A DNA stretch of 42,737 nt from a virus. A program made the position numbers and the translations under genes. How positions within the stretch are numbered: the first letter of the stretch is position 1; each line of letters opens with the position of its first letter. The DNA is taken from the IMG/VR virus record IMGVR_UViG_3300017971_000124, positions 1-42,737 of that record, one strand, 5' to 3'. Below are positions 31,838 through 40,358 of this stretch, in pieces. Under the pieces are notes generated by a model. It made no database searches and was not told where the DNA came from. It saw only the letters and a program-made list of their open reading frames with translations.

Positions 31838-32180
31838 GATCCACCTCCCTCCAACCGGTCCAACCGAACAGTCGCACAGCAAGCCAGGCCGGCAGCCGGC
31901 GCCACGCAGCGATGCCCTCTGCCTTCATGACCTCCCGGAAGATACGGTCGGCGTCCCTGCGGGTGTAGTACCCGAGGCCACCTCTCCGGTAGAGGTAGTC
32001 GTGGACGAGGGGTGCCTCGATACTCAGCTCGAAGGGGCCTATGAGAGGCCACAGGAGGCGAGGGATTGATGCCAGGTCGAATGTGAACCCGTCAGGAATG
32101 AAGATGTCTTGGATCTCCACGCAGTTTTCTAGGGTCCACTGTCCTGTGTCTGCGTCGTACGTGACAGTTGGTTCGTTCAT
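31830..32180 (-). CDS. DUF1353-family protein, 116 aa
   Basis: FTFDLASIPRLLWPLIGP...APLVHDYLY...RRDADRIFREVM matches the remembered DUF1353 pattern (fDgaSIP...W...hD.lY...R..aD). Confidence 0.6.
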   Translation of the reverse strand: MNEPTVTYDADTGQWTLENCVEIQDIFIPDGFTFDLASIPRLLWPLIGPFELSIEAPLVHDYLYRRGGLGYYTRRDADRIFREVMKAEGIAAWRRLPAWLAVRLFGWTGWREVDRG

Positions 32181-32199
32181 GCGCTGTAGTATAGCGCAG

Positions 32200-33960
32200 C
32201 TATACAGCGATCAGCTCCGCTACCTGTCGTTCCAGGCGATTGATCTTCGCACCCATCACGGCGAGCAGTGCGTCCCGCTCGAAGTCCTCCAGCTCACCGG
32301 ACTCGTGGTCGTACACGCCGAACGAGGGATGCTGTGCTGCGAGGTCGTCTGCGATGTAGCCCAGGTGCCAGGAGTCATCGTCCTTGCGGACGTACCCCAC
32401 AGGGCGGATCTCCAGGTTAGCCAGCCGGTCCTCGTAGTAGATGACGTTGGTCTTGTACTTGAGGGCCGAGGTCTGTCGGAACACCTTGCCAGCAGAGTCG
32501 ACGTGGACGTTCGAGGCCGATCCGGTCTGGGAGTACACCGGGGTTGCGACGAACCGGGGGGCGGAGGTGTTCATGTCGAACTGGAATCGTTCGTTGCCAT
32601 TGTAATCCACGATGGAGAAAATCTTCGAGGACCCGCCGTCCTGGAGCCACAGCTTGGTGGTCGCTCCAGTGTTGGCCTGCCGGAAGTACCAGGGTCGGTC
32701 GGTCTGGAACTTGAGCAGGTTGTCGCCCGAGGCATTGCCTACGATGGTGAGGGCAGTGCTCGACCGGGCCGTTGCGCTCCTCTTCTCAAAGAAGACCTGC
32801 TCCTCACCAGCGATAGTGACTTGCAGTTTGGCGGAGGTGCCGTAGAGGCCAGTATCCACATCTGAGTCGAGGAACAGGCCCGGTGATGACACCGAACCGT
32901 TCGGGATGCCGACACCAACTCCAGCGTGAAACTTCCCATCGGTGGTGACCCACCACGGGTGCGGGCTGTCCCAAGTACCATCAGGGGTGGCGCTCCGATC
33001 CTGAAGCAGATAGAAGATCCCGGCAGAGTGGTGGAACCAGTAGTACTCCCCGGCAGCATTCTGGTCAACCTCGTGGAACATCATCTGCGGGTTGGTGCTA
33101 TCAACGATGGCAATCTGGTTCCCGCTGCTACCCGGAGCAATGATAACCTGATCGTCAATAGAGCTGGGGCCATAGAAGTAAACCTCATCGTTGGCGAAGC
33201 GCTGGCGGGTAGTACCGGCATACGCAAACTCGATCTCCTTGGAGGAGTCAACCAGGTAGAGCCGAATGTCTTGCGACTGCGACAGCAGCTCCACGCCGTA
33301 GTCCGACGCCCCCACAGACTGGAGCTTGACGTAGTTGTAGTCAGTGCCGGTGCTTCGAGGACCGACCAGTGCAAACACAGGGTCATTGGTGATGCCGTAG
33401 GTATACATGTACCCCTCGGCAACCTCACCGGTCTCACCGGAGTAGAAGTTGATGCGGTCGTTCTCGGCGTTTGTAATCTCGATACGCTGGCCGCTAGCGG
33501 CGCTACGCAGCAGACCGCTGGTACCCAGGGTGAGCGTGTTCGCCACAGTCAGGTTCCCGATCTGTCCGCCCTCGGCATAGAGGGACTGGAACTGAGCTGC
33601 GCCAGCCGAGTAGTCCAGGTAGTAGCCGGCTGAGGCGCCGGCATCAGGCCCAGCAGACAGGTCAGCCGGGTTGCTGCCGTCCCAGTCGGACGAGTACAAG
33701 TCAGCCTGCACCACAGTGGAGCCGCCGAGGGTGGTGGTCCCGTACAGCCACGCATTGCCGGCGCCGTCTATCGCCCAGCCAGTCTCGTCAGCGATGCTGA
33801 AGTTGGCCGAACGGGCCCTAGCCTGTGCGGAGGCACCAGAAGAGAAGATGGCGTCTGCCTCAAAGCGGACGTTGCGTTGGAATTGGCGCTCAGCAGAGAC
33901 GGTCCGGGGATCTGGCTCCCTGAGGACCGACCCTCCTTCTCCCAGTGGTGTATAGCCCAT
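32200..33960 (-). CDS. Tail fibre or spike with a C-terminal intramolecular chaperone (peptidase S74) domain, 586 aa
   Basis: The C-terminal 91 aa, TSALKYKTNV...GYIADDLAAQHPSFGVYD...LLAVMGAKINRLERQVAEL, fit the S74 auto-cleaving chaperone pattern (Ser...Lys, GxIAxE/D, C-terminal coiled coil). Confidence 0.75.
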   Translation of the reverse strand: MGYTPLGEGGSVLREPDPRTVSAERQFQRNVRFEADAIFSSGASAQARARSANFSIADETGWAIDGAGNAWLYGTTTLGGSTVVQADLYSSDWDGSNPADLSAGPDAGASAGYYLDYSAGAAQFQSLYAEGGQIGNLTVANTLTLGTSGLLRSAASGQRIEITNAENDRINFYSGETGEVAEGYMYTYGITNDPVFALVGPRSTGTDYNYVKLQSVGASDYGVELLSQSQDIRLYLVDSSKEIEFAYAGTTRQRFANDEVYFYGPSSIDDQVIIAPGSSGNQIAIVDSTNPQMMFHEVDQNAAGEYYWFHHSAGIFYLLQDRSATPDGTWDSPHPWWVTTDGKFHAGVGVGIPNGSVSSPGLFLDSDVDTGLYGTSAKLQVTIAGEEQVFFEKRSATARSSTALTIVGNASGDNLLKFQTDRPWYFRQANTGATTKLWLQDGGSSKIFSIVDYNGNERFQFDMNTSAPRFVATPVYSQTGSASNVHVDSAGKVFRQTSALKYKTNVIYYEDRLANLEIRPVGYVRKDDDSWHLGYIADDLAAQHPSFGVYDHESGELEDFERDALLAVMGAKINRLERQVAELIAV

Positions 33961-35855
33961 TAGACTACCTCACGGAGCGTGACCGTGCCGAACCCCTCCC
34001 CGGGTCGTTGCAGGACCACGGAATAGTCGTCTACGAAGACATCATATTGATCGTACTCGCCGGCCCGGCCGCTTGTATAGCCGTCCTTGAGATCCACGCT
34101 GGTAGCCTTGGCGCAGGTGGCCAAGAACAGATCCACCTTGGCGTCCCCGCTCTTGCTCTGCGACCCGCCGCTGTCGTCCGAGCTCAGATCGATGACGTAC
34201 TGGAAGACCTTGACCTTCTCAGCCACGACGGCCCTGGCCTCCACACCGTAGATCACCGGAGTCTCCTGAGGGGGCTGCACCATGCCAGTGTACGCCAGGC
34301 GTATCCGCAGCTTCAGGGTACGGAACTCCACCGTTGCGGAGTCCGTGGTGACGGTCACCTCGGTACCGGTCCCGGTGAGGGTGTTGTAGGTGATGGCGTT
34401 GGTCCAGGTAGTGTTGTCGTCGATCATGTAGTCGACGTACACAGTCCAGTCGTTGGTTGGCAGAGGACTACAGGAGAGCACTAGCGAGCTCAGGAACTTC
34501 TTGGACACCAGATCGAAGTCATGCTCCGGGGAGATGGCAGACGCATTGCTCTGGTACTCGTCGGGGCGGGCCCACAGGGTGCGGTCAGTCGAGCCTGTGT
34601 GGGCGGTCCAGAAGATCCCGTCGTCATTCACCACCGGGTTCTGCAGCGGCGGAGAGTCCGGGTCCCCGATCTCGTCATACGCCAGGCACGCAAAGCCGCC
34701 AGACACAGAGTCGATCTGGAACAGGGCATGGTTTAGGTTGGTGGAGTCCAGATGTTCGGACACGACAAAGTGGTCGAGCATGCGAGCACCGCCACCGGTC
34801 ACATAGCCCAGGTCGTGGCCCTTGCGCAGCTCCCCGAGGGTACCGTAGGACTGGTCAGGGGTGATGTAGAGAATGGCCCGCTCCTCGGCAGGGTCCCGGT
34901 AGATGCCTACCAGATAGATCGTGCCGTTGTGGGCCCACATACCCTCGCCCTGGAAGCCCTCGATGCGTGCGATCTCGGCACCGTAGCCGGCGCCGGCAGC
35001 AGAGGTAGGAGTGATCTCCCGGACGGAGGTCCAGCCGGCCCGGGTAGAGACCATGACGTATATCTTGCCACCGTTAGAGCACATGTGGTTGCCGTAGCGG
35101 TTGGTGGTGTATCCAGTGTTGGTCCAGGAGTCGACCACAGTGGCGTCACCCGCAGTGCCTGTGCCGGCCTTGTCAATCTCGTACACCTGCCCGTCCTCGG
35201 GGCGGTACGTGTACACGTAGTTGTCGGTCTGGGCCATGAATCCGTACTGTATCGAGTCCATGCTGGTTGCCACGGTAGCGGGAACACCGGAGGCCCATTT
35301 CCAAACCTTGCCGGTACCCGACTCCACGAAGAAGACGAAGTCCTCATCGGCCACAGGCTGTGCGGCCACACCGTTAGTCATGCCGGTCAGCGTGTTCGCC
35401 GCACCCCACTTCGCACCGTCCCACAGGTGCCTCTTACCTGATACGCCGGTCACACGAGTGAAGAAGTACAGGGACCCGCCCTTCTTGACAGGCCATCCCT
35501 GCTCAGCGAAGTCAGCGGAGCCAGTGGAATCCTGAGTGGTCTGCACGTAGTAGCCGGCGCTCAGCTTGCCCGGCTCCTCGAACGCACGTACCCGAGTCAG
35601 CTCCCAGGCACGCCCAGCCTCCTCACTCTTGGTGGTGAGCTGGCCCTCGCCCTGGCTCCAGTCGGTCCAGTTCCACAGCAGGATCTCGGGGCGGGGCTGG
35701 AACTTCGCAGCAGACTCCCCCTGCACCGTCACAGCGTTGGGGGGACGCAGCGGCTCGCCTCGCACAATGTGATGCTGCCCGTCAACCGACTGGGCTAGCC
35801 TGTACTTGACACCATCTATCTCGATGTGATGGGTTGAATCTATCACCGTCTCCAC
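33960..35855 (-). CDS. Large tail structural protein (putative nozzle or tubular protein), 631 aa
   Basis: The call rests on size and on position between the adaptor-like genes and the tail fibre. No motif was read. Confidence 0.5.
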   Translation of the reverse strand: METVIDSTHHIEIDGVKYRLAQSVDGQHHIVRGEPLRPPNAVTVQGESAAKFQPRPEILLWNWTDWSQGEGQLTTKSEEAGRAWELTRVRAFEEPGKLSAGYYVQTTQDSTGSADFAEQGWPVKKGGSLYFFTRVTGVSGKRHLWDGAKWGAANTLTGMTNGVAAQPVADEDFVFFVESGTGKVWKWASGVPATVATSMDSIQYGFMAQTDNYVYTYRPEDGQVYEIDKAGTGTAGDATVVDSWTNTGYTTNRYGNHMCSNGGKIYVMVSTRAGWTSVREITPTSAAGAGYGAEIARIEGFQGEGMWAHNGTIYLVGIYRDPAEERAILYITPDQSYGTLGELRKGHDLGYVTGGGARMLDHFVVSEHLDSTNLNHALFQIDSVSGGFACLAYDEIGDPDSPPLQNPVVNDDGIFWTAHTGSTDRTLWARPDEYQSNASAISPEHDFDLVSKKFLSSLVLSCSPLPTNDWTVYVDYMIDDNTTWTNAITYNTLTGTGTEVTVTTDSATVEFRTLKLRIRLAYTGMVQPPQETPVIYGVEARAVVAEKVKVFQYVIDLSSDDSGGSQSKSGDAKVDLFLATCAKATSVDLKDGYTSGRAGEYDQYDVFVDDYSVVLQRPGEGFGTVTLREVV

Positions 35856-36754
35856 CTCCGAGCACGGTTCTGACGTACCGTACCCGGCAGGTTCTGACGC
35901 TCTACGGCGAGCTGGCCGGCCTCGGCCCGGGCACGGATGAAGTACTCGCCCTGATACCAGCGGGCGTCCCGCATGCCCTGACCGGGTTGGACTGTCCGAT
36001 CGGAGAACACACCCGGATCTTGGGTGCGGGGAGCGATGGACATACCCAGCAACAGGACCGCTGCCCCAAGAGCAACGATCTCGACCTGCCGGTCCAGAAG
36101 TGCGGTGGCGTCGGCCGGGATCTTGGCGTAGGTGTAGTACGCAGTGGGCTTAGAAGAGCTCACATCGCCCCAACCGAGAATCTGGAGTCCGATACCCGAG
36201 GCATTCCATCCAGTCGGATCTGAGCTAATCTGAGTGATCTGACGGAAAGGTAGACCACGGGGGATGAGTGTGTCGGTCTCCTGGTAGTACAGATCGAGCA
36301 CACCGTACTGCTTCATGATGTCCGTGTCAGTGATCTCGATGAACTCGACCGTGGAGTCGTACGTGATCGAGCCGGTACCCCACACATGGATGCCCCACGC
36401 CTCCAGGCCGTAGATGGACGCCTCGACAGCGTCATCGATCTCGTACTGAGACCAGCGGGGGTTCTTGCGGACACGGTCAGCCGTGCCGGTGGAGTCAGCA
36501 GCAGTGGTGTCCTCGTAGGCTCGGGACACCGTCAGGGTGTTGGTCGCCACGGAGAGTACCAGCATTTTCTCGCCAGTTGTCTCATTTTCTACGACATCGT
36601 TCTCTGACCAGTCAGCACCGTCGATGACATCGATCGTGCCGTCAGCAGCCACGTACGAAGAGGTAATGGCAGACGTAAAAGGACGCTCCTGCGGTTGGGC
36701 GCCGTACAAGTAGTTGTAGACCTTCTGACGAAGAGCAGCTACGGTGGTGGCCAT
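35843..36754 (-). CDS. Virion structural protein (putative adaptor or tail), 303 aa
   Basis: An ORF in the structural block with a basic C-terminus RQNRARRWRR. Confidence 0.5.
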   Translation of the reverse strand: MATTVAALRQKVYNYLYGAQPQERPFTSAITSSYVAADGTIDVIDGADWSENDVVENETTGEKMLVLSVATNTLTVSRAYEDTTAADSTGTADRVRKNPRWSQYEIDDAVEASIYGLEAWGIHVWGTGSITYDSTVEFIEITDTDIMKQYGVLDLYYQETDTLIPRGLPFRQITQISSDPTGWNASGIGLQILGWGDVSSSKPTAYYTYAKIPADATALLDRQVEIVALGAAVLLLGMSIAPRTQDPGVFSDRTVQPGQGMRDARWYQGEYFIRARAEAGQLAVERQNLPGTVRQNRARRWRR

Positions 36755-36757
36755 GGC

Positions 36758-37123
36758 TTAACCTATCAGTTGGGCTGTGACTTGATACGTAATGGAATCC
36801 GTGTCTGCGTGCGTAGCAGTGATCTTGACCTGCTCAGGCACCGGGCAGTTAGCGCTCACGTTGGCGGTGGCCGGCAAGCCAACACCGATACGCAAGAGCT
36901 GCGTGCCCACAGCGGCTACAGCGGCCGAGGCCAGTAGCGTAGACGACTTGCCGGTGAGCGGGTCGTAGTAGTCGATGTCGACAACCACAGACGCAGCAGC
37001 CGGATCAGCCGTGCAGTCGATGAACAGGTACAGATACTCCGCACCCTCACAGTTGATCTCAACTGCATCGGGCGTGGCTGTACGGGCGGCAGAGGCGAAT
37101 ACCTCGATGGAACGTTTACTCAT
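36758..37123 (-). CDS. Small structural-module protein, 121 aa
   Basis: The ATG at 37123 was chosen because the longer track ORF overlaps the upstream gene. Confidence 0.55.
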   Translation of the reverse strand: MSKRSIEVFASAARTATPDAVEINCEGAEYLYLFIDCTADPAAASVVVDIDYYDPLTGKSSTLLASAAVAAVGTQLLRIGVGLPATANVSANCPVPEQVKITATHADTDSITYQVTAQLIG

Positions 37124-37142
37124 ACGAGTAGTGTAGCAGACG

Positions 37143-37877
37143 CTACTGGATGCGTATGTCCAGATCCCGCAGATCAGGGGACACACCGTCACCGAACCGC
37201 TGCTTGTTGATGAAGTGGGCCCGCTTGCCGGCCTCCCGCTTCAGATACTCGAACACCTGCGCCGGTGTGGCTGGGTACAGGGGCGTCCCAGGCAAAGGCT
37301 CCAGGAACTCGGGAGACCCAGCCGGCAGCTCAGGCACACCATCACGCAGAGGGTTGTACCCCTGGTAGCTGTCGGGCAGCTTCTGATAGTGCTTCAGTAG
37401 ACGGGCAGCCAGGATGCCTACGATCTTGTCCCGCTGGTCACGGGGCAGGGGGTAGAGCTCTTCCTTCGCCTCGGCCTCCTTGACCTTCTCCTCTGTGTCA
37501 GCGAAGTTGATCTTGCCACGGTGGTACTCAACGCCAGGTAGCTCATTGATGGGTGTAAGGCGGGTGATGCGTCCAGTGTGCACGTCCCTGTCCACGATCA
37601 CAGGCTCCTCCTGCATGAGGAACCCATCGCCGAGGTCGATCGAGCCTTCCTCCAGCTCCTTCCTGAACGAGCTGCGGTCGGCCTGATGGTCGGCGAGGTT
37701 GGTGTCGGTGATCTCAGTGACAGTGACGTCTTCAAGGATGATGTCGGGGGAGTCTCCTCCCCCTTCATCCTGGTCACCCGGCAGGAGGAGCCCCGGCTTG
37801 GTGAGCTCTCGCTCGATCCGGTGCTGCTCCAGCCTCTCTAAGCCGTCCATACGACGGCTGGGGTGATAGTCGCTCAT
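37143..37877 (-). CDS. Structural-module hypothetical protein, 244 aa
   Basis: An ORF whose start is coupled to the upstream stop. Confidence 0.65.
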   Translation of the reverse strand: MSDYHPSRRMDGLERLEQHRIERELTKPGLLLPGDQDEGGGDSPDIILEDVTVTEITDTNLADHQADRSSFRKELEEGSIDLGDGFLMQEEPVIVDRDVHTGRITRLTPINELPGVEYHRGKINFADTEEKVKEAEAKEELYPLPRDQRDKIVGILAARLLKHYQKLPDSYQGYNPLRDGVPELPAGSPEFLEPLPGTPLYPATPAQVFEYLKREAGKRAHFINKQRFGDGVSPDLRDLDIRIQ

Positions 37878-38623
37878 TAGCTACCGGACCAGACACGGCT
37901 GGTGGTGACGTCACGCCCGAGGGCGCTCATCATACCGCCGGCATCCTTGAACCGGTTCGGGAGCGTGTGCTTGGCGTGCCGCAGAGTGCAGAATCCGGTG
38001 AACTCTCCCTCCGTAGCAGCCTGAGCCCAACAGTCCCAAGCGGCACAGAACACAGGGCGTAGGGTGTCCCAATCATGCAAGAAGATATGGATGCCCTTGC
38101 GCTCCATCCGGCGCAGGCCAATGGCGTCGAGGGGGTCCCCGCCGCCTGTGTTGTTGATCTGAGCCTCGAACGGGATCTGGGTCCAGCGGCCATCTTTGTG
38201 AAGACCCTTGACGTTGTAGAGCCGCTTCTTCGGGAGGTTCCGGCCCGGGCGGGTGAAGTGTAGGAACTCCACATACTCAGGCTTAATCACGAACTCCTGG
38301 TCCTCAGACATCGTAGCGATCTCGACGCCTTCAGGAATGACTGCGGCTTGACCGTGCGGGCCGTAGAACTCGAAGTCCACTCCATGGACCTCTTTGGGGT
38401 AGGGGATGTCAGACTTGATGAGCTCCAGGCTCTCAGCCGTAGCGCCTCGGGCGCCCCCCTTCTTACGCAAAACGCCAACACCAGAGGTGTCGTTACGCTT
38501 CTCAGCCGCCGCAACAACCTTCTTCTGGTTGGCTACGGCCTCTTTCTTCATCTCATCGGTGACGAGGTCTTTCGCCGCCTTCTCGGTTACTTCCCGTTTC
38601 CTTCCCACTACTGGCTCTGCCAT
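37877..38623 (-). CDS. Structural-module hypothetical protein, 248 aa
   Basis: The first ORF downstream of the major capsid gene, with an AAGGAGAA RBS. Confidence 0.65.
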   Translation of the reverse strand: MAEPVVGRKREVTEKAAKDLVTDEMKKEAVANQKKVVAAAEKRNDTSGVGVLRKKGGARGATAESLELIKSDIPYPKEVHGVDFEFYGPHGQAAVIPEGVEIATMSEDQEFVIKPEYVEFLHFTRPGRNLPKKRLYNVKGLHKDGRWTQIPFEAQINNTGGGDPLDAIGLRRMERKGIHIFLHDWDTLRPVFCAAWDCWAQAATEGEFTGFCTLRHAKHTLPNRFKDAGGMMSALGRDVTTSRVWSGS

Positions 38624-38654
38624 GATGATTCTCCTTGTGTGTAGAGGGTTGGTG

Positions 38655-38687
38655 TCTGGGGGGAAGATGCGTGACTCCGCCCCCAGA
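38655..38687 (-). terminator. GC hairpin without a U-tract, downstream of the capsid gene (possible attenuator or stabiliser)
   Basis: A perfect 8-bp stem, TCTGGGGG / CCCCCAGA, in the 157-nt gap after the capsid stop. Confidence 0.3.
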
Positions 38688-38780
38688 TTTGTGCCATCGT
38701 CACGCCTCCGGTCGATCCTTTATGCCGATCCAACTTGCATCACTGACTTGATTTATAGAGCGCCAGTCTACTCCAATTGC

Positions 38781-39653
38781 TTAGGCGTCCGTAACGGCCT
38801 CAACACCGGCGTTGTCTTCGACCTCGCCAACACCGTAGTAGGCGGTCGCAACCAGGACCCATCCACGGATGGGCGCCCAGCGCATTGCCTCGACCTTAGC
38901 CGCATGCTTCTGGACCATACCCAGTGCGTAATTCTTGATGAAGAACCCACCTGCACGGTCAGCAGCGGCGTTAGCGGTCGGAACGTTGGTGCTAGAGAAC
39001 ACGTCGATCTCGAACCAGCTACCGAAGTAGCCGCCCCGAGCCTTGGAGATCTTCGACATCCGTTCGCCCTGATAGATCGAAGCCGAATCGGCTTCAAGCT
39101 CAGTACGGATATCAGCGGTCTGACGGGGGTGCAGAACACCCACAATCTCGCCAAGACCAGCCGCATCGTTGACCTCAAGGTTGTAAATCGCATCGAGGAA
39201 GTGCGTCAATGCAATGTTCGAACCTGAGGTACCGACTGCAGTGGAGAATCCACCGAGCAGGGCACAGATATCAACATCCATCTTGTCACCGAGCGCACGG
39301 CCGAGCTGACGGAGACGAGCCCCGTGAGCAGCGGCGATGTCGTTCAGATCCAGCACGTCCGTAATGGTCGCCATGATCCCAATCTCCGCTGCGGAGATGG
39401 TGACCGAAGCCGAGGTGAGAGCGGTGTTTGACAGCTCTGTACCTTCAGCAACAGCGGCTGCAGTGAACTTGCTAGCCTTGGGAATCTTGACGGTTGCAGA
39501 TGCGTCACCAGCCAGGTCGTAGAAATCGAGCAGGGCCGGCGTCACAACGTTAGCCATAAGCGCATCCTTGACCTCGTCGGAGAGGATGCTCGCATAGGAG
39601 ACATCATCAAAGGTCGACGTGGTTGTCGGGTTTGTCGCAAAATCGCTTGCCAT
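38781..39653 (-). CDS. Major capsid protein (HK97-fold type, putative), 290 aa
   Basis: It lies immediately downstream of a scaffold-like gene. Its size, Ala/Gly/Thr-rich composition, strong RBS and following hairpin are consistent with a capsid gene. Confidence 0.7.
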   Translation of the reverse strand: MASDFATNPTTTSTFDDVSYASILSDEVKDALMANVVTPALLDFYDLAGDASATVKIPKASKFTAAAVAEGTELSNTALTSASVTISAAEIGIMATITDVLDLNDIAAAHGARLRQLGRALGDKMDVDICALLGGFSTAVGTSGSNIALTHFLDAIYNLEVNDAAGLGEIVGVLHPRQTADIRTELEADSASIYQGERMSKISKARGGYFGSWFEIDVFSSTNVPTANAAADRAGGFFIKNYALGMVQKHAAKVEAMRWAPIRGWVLVATAYYGVGEVEDNAGVEAVTDA

Positions 39654-39716
39654 CTAAGTTTTCCCTCCTTTCACTGTGAGTATTTGTAGTGGTCGGTCGG
39701 CTGCAAGACCTTCTAG

Positions 39717-40256
39717 CTACTCCGAGCTGTCATAGGGATTCGTGCCCCGTGGGACGGGGTCGTTCCCTGAAAGCTGGACTTTCCCTTGGCGGAGGGCTTG
39801 ATCGGCCGCAGCCCTGTCCGACTGAGACAGCTTGATCCACTCTGCTCTCGTCATCTGTTCAGTAGATGCGCCGCCAGCGCTTCCACCTGCAGACGAACCA
39901 CTACGAGAGAGAGCTGCCAAGGCGCTCCGGTCAGGTTCGGCCGGTACTTCGTCCTGCTCTTCCTCTTCCACAGGAGCGGGTTCTCCAGAGCCTTCACTCG
40001 GCGCCGCTGTCGAAACCTTCCCGAGGTTGTACTGACTTGCGAAAGCCTCAACCGCCTCGGTCGTCGGGACTACAAACTCGTCGCCGGCCACACTCTCATA
40101 AAGTGCGCCCGCCTCTGGTCTGTAACCCGCAGACTCGAAGGCTGCCGAAGCCGCCACCGTCCGTAGTTCCCCGTTCTGCTTTCGCAGTCCAGCGATCTGC
40201 TTGTTCTGCTGGTCGATCCGTTCCCTCAGTTGAGGAATAGTCTCTTCGTTGCTCAT
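39717..40256 (-). CDS. Scaffolding protein (putative), 179 aa
   Basis: It has an N-terminal coiled coil and an acidic, low-complexity middle region, and lies directly upstream of the capsid gene. Confidence 0.55.
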   Translation of the reverse strand: MSNEETIPQLRERIDQQNKQIAGLRKQNGELRTVAASAAFESAGYRPEAGALYESVAGDEFVVPTTEAVEAFASQYNLGKVSTAAPSEGSGEPAPVEEEEQDEVPAEPDRSALAALSRSGSSAGGSAGGASTEQMTRAEWIKLSQSDRAAADQALRQGKVQLSGNDPVPRGTNPYDSSE

Positions 40257-40358
40257 GGTCTTACCTCCTGAGCTGTTTGTGCCGCTATGATGCTCCAGGG
40301 TTTGCGGCTGTACGTCCCGGCCACCTGGGAATACCGAGAGAGATTTACAGGCTGTATA

